Shown: positions 17,437 to 25,742 of the stretch, one piece after another
Layout of the letters: each line of letters opens with the position of its first letter
Numbering within the stretch: position 1 is the stretch's first letter
Assembly (NCBI GenBank): GCA_038736825.1
Contig: JAVYME010000006.1
Location: forward strand, 1 to 32,000
Source of the DNA: Candidatus Iainarchaeum sp.
Lineage (GTDB): Archaea; Iainarchaeota; Iainarchaeia; Iainarchaeales; DTGL01
Direction of reading: 5' to 3'
DNA: 32,000 bases
Translations under genes and position numbers: made by a program
Notes under the pieces: model-generated
Told to the model about the DNA's origin: nothing
Databases searched by the model: none
The model's input: only the letters and a program-made list of their open reading frames with translations

Positions 17437-17444
17437 TATATAAA
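17437..17444 (-). promoter_or_regulatory. Candidate rRNA operon TATA box (TTTATATA on minus strand, preceded by CGTAAAC)
   Basis: It is a near-consensus archaeal TATA in the 600-nt non-coding stretch upstream of the 16S. A second TATATTATA lies at about 17415-17425. It implies a leader of about 370 nt containing the processing stem. Confidence 0.4.
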
Positions 17445-17640
17445 GTTTACGGTGACAGATTCAATCTGCAAAAAACTGCTTTTAATGGGTTTTAGTGCAA
17501 TGGTTTTTAATGATGAAGCGTTAAAAAGCAGGCACTGATTATGTAGAAAAGTCTTTCTTTACTAAAAGAAGCGCTCTTTCCTTTTTCTTGCATGGTCTTT
17601 TGCGTCTGGTTCGGTAACCAAAAACTCTGGACGTGGCCAC

Positions 17641-17895
17641 CTAATGCGTTTGGTATGCAGGGGCGCGGTGTTTTACGCTTAAGAGTGTGATTTTCTTTTC
17701 GCGCATGTTAATTTGCGCTATCAGCCTGTATTTGCCCACCCTGAGCTTGAACAAGTCGTGGCCTGTTAAGCGTTCGTAGAAGAGAAAGGGGGTTTTCGTT
17801 GTTGCGTTTAACTTTTTCTTTATGCGCTCGCGTTCGGTTTTTTCCAGTTTCTTGAATTCGCGGGCAAAGGCCTCAGTCAAAAGCAATTCGAACAA
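17641..17895 (-). CDS. RelE/ParE-family type II toxin
   Basis: 84 aa with an apparent TTG start abutting the antitoxin stop (TGATTG). The family-typical pattern is F..E..KL.......I...L......P......L.G.....KLRVGKYRLIAQI....K.I.LLSVKHRAPAY. Confidence 0.8.
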   Translation of the reverse strand: MFELLLTEAFAREFKKLEKTERERIKKKLNATTKTPFLFYERLTGHDLFKLRVGKYRLIAQINMREKKITLLSVKHRAPAYQTH

Positions 17896-18123
17896 TCAAA
17901 CGCCCCACTTTTTCTCGGCATCCTTCAAAGACAAAACTCTGCCCTTCTTGATTTCTTCAAGCGAAGCCTCGATCTGCATTATTTCCTCTCTGGAAAGAGG
18001 CTCTTCGCGTGCGACATTCAAAAGGCGCTTTATCACGTCATCAAACGGCTCGCGCTCGAAATTCTTGAACTTTGCCAGTTCTCGCTTTACGGGAAGGCTA
18101 ACCCTTAAAGTTGTAGTAGTCAT
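17896..18123 (-). CDS. Antitoxin (ribbon-helix-helix / VapB-DUF217-like N-terminus) paired with the RelE/ParE toxin
   Basis: Track ORF 17896..18144 starts at TTG. The ATG at 18123 gives MTTTTLRVSLPVKRELAKFKNFEREPFDDVIKRLLNV.... TTTTTATATA lies 25-33 nt upstream of that ATG. The gene sits immediately upstream of and abutting the toxin. Confidence 0.7.
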   Translation of the reverse strand: MTTTTLRVSLPVKRELAKFKNFEREPFDDVIKRLLNVAREEPLSREEIMQIEASLEEIKKGRVLSLKDAEKKWGV

Positions 18124-18220
18124 AAAGTATATCAATGTATACAAAGGTATATAAAAATGGTGTTGCCTTGTATTTTTCTGTCAATTTGGCTGCTTTTTTT
18201 GTCCAACCCTCTTTTTTTCC

Positions 18221-18850
18221 TTAACTTGAGGAATTGCCTTTTTTGTCAAAATGGGTTATTTTTAGTGGCACTCCATGGCGGTTTTCGCCGTCAACTATTT
18301 CTGTTTCCAGCCTGCCCTCTGAATCAAAAACCCTGGAAATCTCTGTAATACTGAAAAAAGAGCTCTGTTTTTCCTTTTTACTTTTTCCAGAAAAACGCGC
18401 CATTAAATCCAAAACCAGCCTGTAACCGCGCTTGGTTGTCCATTCACCGGGCTTTGAGCCTGGCGAGGGAAGGTTGAAGGCATAACCTTTCCATTTTCCA
18501 AGTTGAACGAATGGCGGTTTTGACTGGTTTGAAGGTTTGCGTTCAAGCGCTTTATCCATTAAAGCCATTGCTTTTTTTGAGAGCTGGAATGCTTTTTTGT
18601 CCAAGACAGTAAGTTCAGGCCCGCCTGGATAAAAGGCAGGAATTTTGAGTTTTCTTGCTTTGGTTTTTTTTCTTGAAGTGGCAGCACTTTCAAGGGTATC
18701 ACGGTTTCCTGCAAGGCGGAATTCTTTCACTGTTTTCATTGTTTTTCTTTTTCCAAGAATTGCCTTTACAATTTTTCTTGCCAAAAAAACACCGCTTTTT
18801 TTTGCTTGAAATATCTTTGCTTTCCCCTGTTTATAAAGAATTTTTTGCAT
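18221..18850 (-). CDS. Hypothetical basic protein (209 aa)
   Basis: Complete ATG ORF with a Lys-rich N-terminus (MQKILYKQGKAKIFQAKKSGVFLARKIVKAILGKRK). No TM and no motif I recognise. Confidence 0.65.
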   Translation of the reverse strand: MQKILYKQGKAKIFQAKKSGVFLARKIVKAILGKRKTMKTVKEFRLAGNRDTLESAATSRKKTKARKLKIPAFYPGGPELTVLDKKAFQLSKKAMALMDKALERKPSNQSKPPFVQLGKWKGYAFNLPSPGSKPGEWTTKRGYRLVLDLMARFSGKSKKEKQSSFFSITEISRVFDSEGRLETEIVDGENRHGVPLKITHFDKKGNSSS

Positions 18851-18870
18851 TCCGCTTTAGTTTTAAAGGG

Positions 18871-19212
18871 TTATTTTGTTCTTTTTTCAAGTTTTCTGCA
18901 ATAGTCTACTGAATGCCTTAGCTCTTCTTCCAGCCGCCTTATCATGCGCTCATAAATTTCAACCAGTTTTTTGTTTGATTCAATTAAGGCTTTTTCCCTT
19001 TCGGTTATTTTTCTCTTGTTGAGGATTTGCGAGTTTTTATCCAAGCATTTTTTCCTGTTGTCTTTTTCAATTTTTATTTGTTCGTGCAATTGTTTTATTC
19101 TTTCATTCAACCTTGCAATTTTGTTTTTTCTTCTTGCCCTTGCTGCCAGCACTGGATGAAAGGCAGCGGTTTTAATTTTATTGCAAACACGGTTTTTGCC
19201 CTTTAAACCCAT
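18871..19212 (-). CDS. Hypothetical basic coiled-coil protein (about 113 aa)
   Basis: Track ORF 18871..19221 starts at GTG, with an ATG at 19212. It has heptad-like K/E/R-rich sequence (ARLNERIKQLHEQIKIEKDNRKK...LVEIYERMIRRLEEELRH). Confidence 0.6.
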   Translation of the reverse strand: MGLKGKNRVCNKIKTAAFHPVLAARARRKNKIARLNERIKQLHEQIKIEKDNRKKCLDKNSQILNKRKITEREKALIESNKKLVEIYERMIRRLEEELRHSVDYCRKLEKRTK

Positions 19213-19332
19213 GAAAAACACTTCTAAATATAGTAATCCAAACGCCTAAAAAATGTTTTGAAGAGATTTTTTTGCATTGATGGGGGAACGCCATTCAAAC
19301 CCCTGCTTTTTGGGGAATTGGTTGACTGGTTT

Positions 19333-19339
19333 GAGGTGA
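19333..19339 (+). promoter_or_regulatory. Shine-Dalgarno (GAGGTGA) for 19347..19580
   Basis: It is perfectly complementary to the 16S 3' end (..GGAUCACCUCCUU, this window) and lies 7 nt upstream of the ATG. It is the clearest SD among the starts I inspected. Confidence 0.6.
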
Positions 19340-19346
19340 AAAAAGA

Positions 19347-19580
19347 ATGGATTTGAAAAAACTGTTGTTAGAGGAAAACGTTGGCGGAATGGACCTTTTT
19401 TTGAGAGCAATAATTGGAACAATTTCAGTTTTTGCTTTGGCGCTGGGAATTGTTCCATCCGGAACAATGGCACTGGCAGTTGCACTTGTTGGCGCAATTG
19501 GATTGTTTTCTTCCCTGACAAGGCATTGCACTCCGTATGCCTTGATTGGTTTTAGCACTGCAAAAAAGCCTTTTCGCTGA
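19347..19580 (+). CDS. Small two-TM membrane protein, DUF2892 (YgaP-like) family
   Basis: NVGGMDLFLRAIIG...two hydrophobic helices...SSLTRHCTPYALIGFST matches my memory of the DUF2892 pattern (N.g..DR..R...G ... CP.Y.l.G.sT). Confidence 0.7.
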   Translation: MDLKKLLLEENVGGMDLFLRAIIGTISVFALALGIVPSGTMALAVALVGAIGLFSSLTRHCTPYALIGFSTAKKPFR

Positions 19581-19649
19581 AAAAAGCAGTCAATTAAAAA
19601 AGACTTTTTTTTCTCGCAATTGTACTGGGCTTCTTTTTTGTTTATTCTT

Positions 19650-21126
19650 TTATGTTTTTTGTTGCTGGTTTTTTTTGAGTTCTTTTATTTCTGCTTGGAT
19701 TGCAAGGGTTTGTTTTTTGAATTCTTCTTCTGTGATGCGTCTTTTATAATAGTCTATTTGGAGGTCTTTAAGCATGCGGTTTCTTTTAGCAATCTCAAAA
19801 CGCTGTTGTTCGCTTAACAGGTTTTGTTGCTTGAAATGGTTAGCCAGCCGGTTTAACAAGAATAAGGCAATAATTATGAATGCCAATAGCGCGCCTACTG
19901 CAATTATTGGCGCAGTAAAATCTGCTATTTGAGTTATTATTTTTTGTTGTCCAGGAATGCACTTGTTTTCTTCTATACTACAATTGTATCCTTCAGGGCA
20001 ACCGCATTCTTGGCAGTTTTCAACCCATTTTTGGTTCAAGCAATAATATGGCTTGTAGGGACCGCAACCGGTTTGAGTGCATTGCGCTCCAACCAAAGGC
20101 TGTTGTGGAGCAATCGTTGTGGCTGGTTGCATTATTGTTTGGGTTGCAGTTGGCTGGATTGCAGTGGGAGTTGCTGTAATGGTTTGTGTTGAAGCAATGG
20201 TTTGAGTTGGAGTGGTTGGCTTTACGCATTTTCCGTTTGAGCACACTAGGTTTGCAGCGCAATTGCCACACAAAACCTGGTTTCCGCAACCATCATCCCA
20301 ATAATCGCATTCTTTGCCCAATTGCAAGCAAGACTTGGGAGTGCACTGTGGTGTCCAAATTGCAGTCGGTGTTGGCGTTGGAGTTTGTGTTATTGTGGGT
20401 GTTGTTGTGGGATTTGTAGTGCTCGCTGTGCTGGTGAAATTATTGAAATCCAGGATTTTACCTGATGCTTTTTGTTCGCCTTTTTCAGCAAGGGCTTTAA
20501 AATAGTATTTCGAATTTGCTTCAATTGGAATTTCTTTAGAAAAAGAACTCCTCCCTGCACTAACTGTTTTCTTTTCCGTATGCTTGAGCTCAGTTGTTCC
20601 CTCCTTCCAGTATTCAAACCAAACAGAACAACCATTTGGACAATCGAATTCACCCCGCAAGTTTGCTTTTGAAGAAGAAATGTCAATGGCTTTCAATGTT
20701 TTGACAAAAATAGGGATAACCCACTTACAATAATAATATTTTGAGCACTCTTCTTGGTTACTCAAAGAAGAACAAGCCCTTGGAGTGCCTTGGCATTTGG
20801 ATTCTAAATAACAGCCTTGTTGTTTGCTGCAATCGTTTGCTGAAAAAAAACCAGCAAGGCTCGAGTAGTCCAGTACAGCCAGTTCTGTTGTCCCACGAGC
20901 ACCATTTCTGCTCAACACATTCGACTGTATTATTAAGGTCTTCGCATGGCGTTGGATTGCCAACACAGTCTAGACCCCACATGCAATCAAATTTTAAACA
21001 CTCGGATTGGTTTGTAATTGTATAACAATTTGGTGGCTCAGATTTTTGAATGCATTCTGCTTGCGCGCTTGCAGTGAAAAAAGCAATTACAACAAACACC
21101 AGTGAAAGCAAAAAGCCTTTTTTCAT
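19650..21126 (-). pseudogene. Cys-rich secreted surface protein (Pro/Thr linkers, TM anchor, coiled-coil tail) interrupted by a frameshift at an A8/T8 run
   Basis: ORF 20758..21126 supplies the signal peptide MKKGFLLSLVFVVIAFFTASAQA and two C..L.N...C.....C.W repeats. ORF 19650..20966 supplies a third repeat (CSSLSNQEECSKYYYCKW) and the rest of the protein. The frames swap across the homopolymer at 20843-20850. Removing one base joins ..EPCWFF-SANDCSKQQGC... Confidence 0.75.
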
Positions 21127-21275
21127 TTCAAAATAGAAACGCTTTTTTTGAATAAAAACCTTTCCTGGGAAAAATTTTGCATTTTTTTAAAGGCAAGGCT
21201 GAAAAAAAACACAGTGAACTCAATAAAGTTCTCTGGATAATTTCAGCAAAACCGGTTTGTGCTAATTCCAAGCAA

Positions 21276-21707
21276 TTATTTTTTCTTTTGCTCTGGTTCA
21301 GCTTTTTTCCATGCAAGGAAAACAAAAAAGCAAAGCAAGAGCACTCCCAACACAATCCTGCCAAGGATTTCACTGACTGCAACTGAAAAAGACAGTGCTC
21401 CAAAAACAAAAAGCAACAGTCCTCCAAGCAAAAAACCCATTTGGATTACGGGTTGCGCTTTCAAGAACTTGCTTGCAAGCAGGATAGTGGCAAGCCCTGC
21501 AATAAAAATTACAATTGCCTGGTATGCTCTAACCTCTTCCTGTCGGGCATAGCAGGCTTGCATTTGCACTGAATCCTGCAATTCATAGCATTCTGGAAGT
21601 GAAATAATGGCTGACACTGTCATTGTAACAATCAAAATGAAAAGCACTGCAATTACTAGGGCAAAAACAACCCCTGTGAACCACAAAGCGCTTTCCTTCA
21701 AATCCAT
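21276..21707 (-). CDS. Hypothetical 4-TM membrane protein
   Basis: ATG start with TTTAAATA about 27 nt upstream. Four hydrophobic segments. The C-terminus is KKAEPEQKKK. Confidence 0.75.
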   Translation of the reverse strand: MDLKESALWFTGVVFALVIAVLFILIVTMTVSAIISLPECYELQDSVQMQACYARQEEVRAYQAIVIFIAGLATILLASKFLKAQPVIQMGFLLGGLLLFVFGALSFSVAVSEILGRIVLGVLLLCFFVFLAWKKAEPEQKKK

Positions 21708-21799
21708 GTTCTAAAATATGCTTTTGCCCTATTTAAACCTTTGCCTTCGTTTTTTTTTCGCAAAACCTTAAATATAACTTATTCAATTGATAAATAAGC

Positions 21800-24700
21800 A
21801 TGCAATTGTTGTCTTTCCACAAAAAAAACCCTTTGCTTTTTTCACTGCTTTTATTTCTTTTTTTTGAAATTCCTGTTTTTGCAGCCAATCCTCCAGGCGA
21901 TTGGAGCATGTACTGGTGGGAAAACGGTCAGCTCAAAAGATGGAATTTGGACACAGCGACAACCACTATTGTTGAAGGCGCTGTCAAGTCAGGCGAAACC
22001 ACTCTTTTCATGAATCCTGACACAGGCGAACTCCAAATGATGACTCCGGAAACCCACGGAGCAGTGTTCGTAAAAGAAGAAGACAAAGACGCAATGACCG
22101 CAGAATACTATAAGGCACTAGAGGCGCACTATAAAGAGGAAGTAGACCAAGGACAAAAGGATTTTGCAGTTTGGACTGGTTCAGACGGAAAAACCTATGC
22201 TTACTCAAAGGGAGACTCATCGCCCAAAGAAGTGGAGTTAAAAGAAAGCGGGTATTTTGAGAAAGACGGGAAATACTATAAAGTGAATCCTGACACTAAA
22301 AAGGTTTATTCTGTTAGTGAAGAGGAATTCTTTGTTCATGGTACTAAAGAAGAATTTTGGGCTGTGAGTGAAGGCGATGAAGTTTTTTTGCTTAAGCGCG
22401 GTGATATGGAAGGAGAAGTTGAAAAGTATTCTGATGGGTGGCAAAGAACGGATGGAACTTATTTTTGGACTGGCAGTGAGAATGATCCAATTTTTTATCG
22501 AGTAAGCCTAGATGGTAAAACAGTTGAAAAAATTGGAGTTGAAGAATACGTTGGTTTGTCGCCTGATTTAAGTCTAGAACAAAAGGCTTTTTTCAAAGAC
22601 GCGCTTTTGTCTATGGCTTACGAATTAGTCGGTACCCCCAAGCAAGCTAAATTGGAGTATTTTTGCAAACTGTGTTTTGGAGAAGATACTGCTGAAGAGA
22701 GTTCTTATCTTTTGGATAGCATGACTAGTAATAACGTAGAGGGTTTGAATCTTACAGTTTTAGATAATTTAAGTTATGTTGATAGTGGAAAGGGAATATT
22801 GTGTGGCCTTAACGGGATTTGCTATCCATACAATCCTGTTGGAGAGGCAAATTCACAACCAGTTGGTAGGATAGTGAAAGTTGGCAGTCAATATGTGTAT
22901 GTTAGTGACAATGATAGCCAGCAGTATAAAGAGCAGCATGGAACGCAGTTAAGTGCCCTAGCAACACAAGCTGAATTAAGTGCAAGTGACAGAGTGGTTG
23001 TTGAAAAGCAAGCTTCAGGTGGCGCATCACCAAGTGATAGTAAAATAGGAGACCAAGATTTAACAGGCGTTGCATCTGGTTGCAGTGGTTTTGGTTGTAG
23101 TGGGGGGGATATAGGGGAAGAGCAGCAACCTGGTCTTGAAAGTTGCGCTACAGCGCTTTCTTGTTCTCATTATTATGCTCAAAATGTTTGCGGTTATAAT
23201 TTGGATAATGGTTGTGGTGGCACTATTTCTTGTGTTTCCTGTCCGACTGGTTTTGTTTGTAGGAATGGTTCTTGTGCTTGCACTCCTAAAACCGCTTGTT
23301 CTTTGCAAAGCAAGTGCGGTGAAGAGGATAATGGTTGTGGTGGTAAAATTTTTTGTGGTTCTTGTCCTGCTGGCTTGCAGTGTGACTTGCAATACAGGGA
23401 GTGCGTTCCAGAAAAGGAAAAAACTTATTTGGATTTGAGTGAAATAAGTGTTTTTGCTTATTCCAATTATGCAGTGCTTTCTTGGAATACTTCTGTTCCG
23501 TCTGATTCCATTGTTTTTCTTGGCAAAACGCCAGCACTTGGATTGCAGCAAAATGTTTCTTTTGCCACTAAAACCCATTCTCTTTTGTTGGAGGGTTTGC
23601 AGCCAGACTTAGTTTATTATTATAAAGTGCGGGTTGTTGCTGGCAGTGAATCTAGGGAAAGCTCTGGTTCCTTTAAAACGCTCAAGGTTGGCGCTGACAC
23701 TGGACCATTGAAGGTGTTAATGGTTTCAGTTGACCCGCCTGGAAGGGCTGAATACGAGGGTTATGCTTTTTCTTTTACTGCTTTAACCAATTCTTTGAAT
23801 CCTTCAGAGCTTGAATTTGAATGGGATTTTGGTGATGGTTTTGTTTCAAAGAAAGCAGGCTATGTTGTTTACCATTCATATTATGGTTTGACTGAAAAGG
23901 AAAAAGATTTCAATGTAAGGGTGATTGCAAGGGATAAAAACGGTTTTAGTGCTGAAAGCAGTTTGACTGTCAAGGTTTTAAAAGCGGTTTTCAAGCCAGT
24001 TGTTTTGTCGCCAAGCCAGTTTGAATTGTTGTCAAAAAAAGGCAAGCTGGCTTTTTCAATTGTTTTTTTGGATGAACAGGAAAAAATGATTCCTTGCAAA
24101 AAAATAGTCTTAAAGGCTATTTTTGCAGGGCAAAGCATTGAAATGAAGTGCGATGACGGCAATCTTTTCAGTGGCTCTGTTTTGGGTTGGCATGGCTTGG
24201 ATGAACTGGAATTGCTGGCAATTTATGCAAGCTATACTTTGGGTGAAAGGACTTATTTTGTTAAAACAAGGGCGCCAGTTTATTTGGCTCCAGCCAGGAT
24301 TTCTGTAAGTGACATTTTCAGGCAAAAAAAATATTTTTTGAATGATTCCCTTGGAAAAGCCAAAGCCAGGTTTTTGATTGAAAAAATAATGCTGGTTTTT
24401 CCCCAAAACCTAAAGGCACAGCTTGTTTCAAGCAATTGGTCAAAGGATGTAAACATTGAAAGACAGGAATACGATTACATTCTCTCTTTTGACCATGTTG
24501 TAAGTGAAACCGATTTATTGGAGGGCTTAAAGCTGAAATTGGAGGGCAGGGATTCGCATGGAAACATTGTTGCAGAACTAATAGAATTGCCTCTTGAAAA
24601 AAGCAATCCAGAGCTAAGAATTGAATTGATTGAACCAATAGAGGGCAGTAGTGGTTTTGCTTTTGGGCAAAGGCTTAGGGTTAGAGCCAAAGCAATTCAT

Positions 24701-25693
24701 AAAAGCCCTTCCCTTAAAAACAAAGCCTTGTTTTTGGAATGCGGGCGCCTTGATCTTTTTACTGGAATGGAGTTTGATTCAACCAAAAAAGAATATTTTT
24801 CTGAAATATTGCTGCCATTGCCTGGTTTTGGTAATGCAACAATTTTGTGCAGTGTTCACGCTTACGGTTTTGAGGGCGAAAGGCAAGTGGAAAGCGTTGC
24901 CCACTTCACAGTAAATCTTTCAGGCAACCTTGGAATAGAATTTGTTTTGCCATCACAAGGCAATTTCAAGGTTTTTGGTGGGCGCGTGGGACAATTAAGG
25001 GTTAAATTGTTGCAAGAGAACGGCAAACCCTTTGAAGGACTGGATGTCAATGCAGTTTTAGTGGTTGACGGCAAAACAATGGAGAAAACCTTAAAGTTTG
25101 ATTCTTGGAGTGGAGTGCACTATGCAGACCTTGATTCACCCCTTGAAGCAGGCCAGCATTCTCTGGCTGTTTCGTTATCCCAGCCATTCCAGGGAAACAA
25201 TGAAATTTTGACAGTGATTGAAGAGGATGTTTTCGCTGGCTTTTTGCTTTCAAGCTTGGTTTTGCTAATTGTTGTTGGCTTGCTTGTTTGGTTTTTTTGG
25301 TTTTTTTCCAGAAATGCTTTGGCTGAAAGAAAGGCGTTGTTGGCTGAAAAGCAAAAGCTTTTGGGTTTAAGGAAAAAATACAAGTTTGAGTTTTTCAAAA
25401 GGCATATAAGTGAAAAGGAATTCAGAGAGCGCTCGAAGGCAATCGACAAGTCCTTGGAATTGGTTTCTGGAATGCTAAGGCATGGCGCATGGGTTCGCGT
25501 TGGATTAATGAAAACAATTTATCGAACAAATGATATCAAAAAACTGCCTTTGAAAGCGCAAGCGGAAGCGCTTTGCATAAGGCTTGCTGGCAAAAGCGGA
25601 GAGTTTTCCAGAATAGAGGTTGCCAAAACGCTTTTAAGCGAAGGCTATCAAGAAAAAACCATAAACGAGGTATTGGACAGGCTTTTTAAGTGA
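21800..25693 (+). CDS. Giant surface protein (1297 aa): signal peptide, Cys-rich modules, FN3-like and PKD domains, Ig-like repeats, TM helix, about 125-aa cytoplasmic tail
   Basis: Signal peptide LLFSLLLFLFFEIPVFA. Cys modules are CGYNLDNGCGGTISCVSCPTGFVCRNGSCAC and CGEEDNGCGGKIFCGSCPAGLQCD. The FN3-like segment is AVLSWNTSVPSDSIVFLGK...LQPDLVYYYKVRV. The PKD signature is LEFEWDFGDG. The TM segment is FAGFLLSSLVLLIVVGLLVWFFWFF. TTAAATATAA lies about 27 nt upstream of the ATG. Confidence 0.92.
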   Translation: MQLLSFHKKNPLLFSLLLFLFFEIPVFAANPPGDWSMYWWENGQLKRWNLDTATTTIVEGAVKSGETTLFMNPDTGELQMMTPETHGAVFVKEEDKDAMTAEYYKALEAHYKEEVDQGQKDFAVWTGSDGKTYAYSKGDSSPKEVELKESGYFEKDGKYYKVNPDTKKVYSVSEEEFFVHGTKEEFWAVSEGDEVFLLKRGDMEGEVEKYSDGWQRTDGTYFWTGSENDPIFYRVSLDGKTVEKIGVEEYVGLSPDLSLEQKAFFKDALLSMAYELVGTPKQAKLEYFCKLCFGEDTAEESSYLLDSMTSNNVEGLNLTVLDNLSYVDSGKGILCGLNGICYPYNPVGEANSQPVGRIVKVGSQYVYVSDNDSQQYKEQHGTQLSALATQAELSASDRVVVEKQASGGASPSDSKIGDQDLTGVASGCSGFGCSGGDIGEEQQPGLESCATALSCSHYYAQNVCGYNLDNGCGGTISCVSCPTGFVCRNGSCACTPKTACSLQSKCGEEDNGCGGKIFCGSCPAGLQCDLQYRECVPEKEKTYLDLSEISVFAYSNYAVLSWNTSVPSDSIVFLGKTPALGLQQNVSFATKTHSLLLEGLQPDLVYYYKVRVVAGSESRESSGSFKTLKVGADTGPLKVLMVSVDPPGRAEYEGYAFSFTALTNSLNPSELEFEWDFGDGFVSKKAGYVVYHSYYGLTEKEKDFNVRVIARDKNGFSAESSLTVKVLKAVFKPVVLSPSQFELLSKKGKLAFSIVFLDEQEKMIPCKKIVLKAIFAGQSIEMKCDDGNLFSGSVLGWHGLDELELLAIYASYTLGERTYFVKTRAPVYLAPARISVSDIFRQKKYFLNDSLGKAKARFLIEKIMLVFPQNLKAQLVSSNWSKDVNIERQEYDYILSFDHVVSETDLLEGLKLKLEGRDSHGNIVAELIELPLEKSNPELRIELIEPIEGSSGFAFGQRLRVRAKAIHKSPSLKNKALFLECGRLDLFTGMEFDSTKKEYFSEILLPLPGFGNATILCSVHAYGFEGERQVESVAHFTVNLSGNLGIEFVLPSQGNFKVFGGRVGQLRVKLLQENGKPFEGLDVNAVLVVDGKTMEKTLKFDSWSGVHYADLDSPLEAGQHSLAVSLSQPFQGNNEILTVIEEDVFAGFLLSSLVLLIVVGLLVWFFWFFSRNALAERKALLAEKQKLLGLRKKYKFEFFKRHISEKEFRERSKAIDKSLELVSGMLRHGAWVRVGLMKTIYRTNDIKKLPLKAQAEALCIRLAGKSGEFSRIEVAKTLLSEGYQEKTINEVLDRLFK

Positions 25694-25742
25694 AAAAAGC
25701 CAATCCCGTTTTTTTTTAATCCTTTCACTCTTATATATTGGC

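Noticed and set aside
17505-17545. C/D-box sRNA (AUGAUGA at about 17511 and CUGA 18 nt later) in the rRNA upstream region. A similar weak UUGAUGG...CUGA occurs at about 8715-8750.
   Set aside because: There is only one C-like and one D-like box, no C'/D' pair, no terminal stem, and the wrong guide spacing. Such 4-7 nt matches are expected by chance in AT-rich DNA.
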